DNA of 64,000 bases from contig NC_091985.1 in the NCBI RefSeq assembly GCF_044704955.1, positions 96,224,001 to 96,288,000 of the forward strand, given 5' to 3'. This document shows, piece by piece, positions 63,929 through 64,000 of this stretch. The translations under genes were made by a program, and so were the position numbers. Position 1 is the first letter of the stretch; every line of letters starts with the position of its first letter. The notes beneath the pieces are model-generated. The model searched no databases and was not told the origin of the DNA. It saw only the letters and a list, made by a program, of their open reading frames with translations. This stretch comes from Pristiophorus japonicus. Its lineage: Eukaryota.

Positions 63929-64000
63929 ACAGGAATATTATGAGATAAAAATTTGACACCGAACCGCAGAAGTAGAAATTAGCCCAGGTGTCCAAAAGCT

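Larger units (their letters stand above)
59132..63990 (-). mobile_element. L2-type 3' tail split by the Gypsy element (59132-59206 and 63929-~63990)
   Basis: TTGTATTTATATAGCACC...CCCAAGGTGCTTCACAGG continues after the 3' LTR; reverse complement resembles 54462-54580. Confidence 0.65.

Overview
Eukaryotic, intergenic or intronic DNA that is almost entirely nested transposable elements. The mix (CR1 LINEs with a GDS-esterase ORF1 and (TTCTATGT)n tails, Deu-type tRNA SINEs, Mag-like Gypsy LTR elements, intron-containing Harbinger transposons) points to a vertebrate, most plausibly a cartilaginous fish; this is an inference. No host protein-coding gene, rRNA, tRNA or CRISPR array is supported. 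Main contents: a full-length CR1 with a 10-unit TATA-box tandem array at its 5' end (43955-48763); a full-length degenerate Gypsy (59207-63928); a Gag-protease-only LTR element flanked by a 292-bp duplication (2228-4848); an internally deleted Gypsy; two solo LTRs; three decayed Myb+nuclease Harbingers, one expanded to about 18 kb by nested insertions; several Harbinger- and Tigger-type MITEs; RTE and L2 fragments; and a Tx1-clade fragment inserted antisense in a CR1, whose terminal 25 nt carry two perfect matches to the adjacent target sequence. All family assignments come from motif recognition by eye, not database searches.
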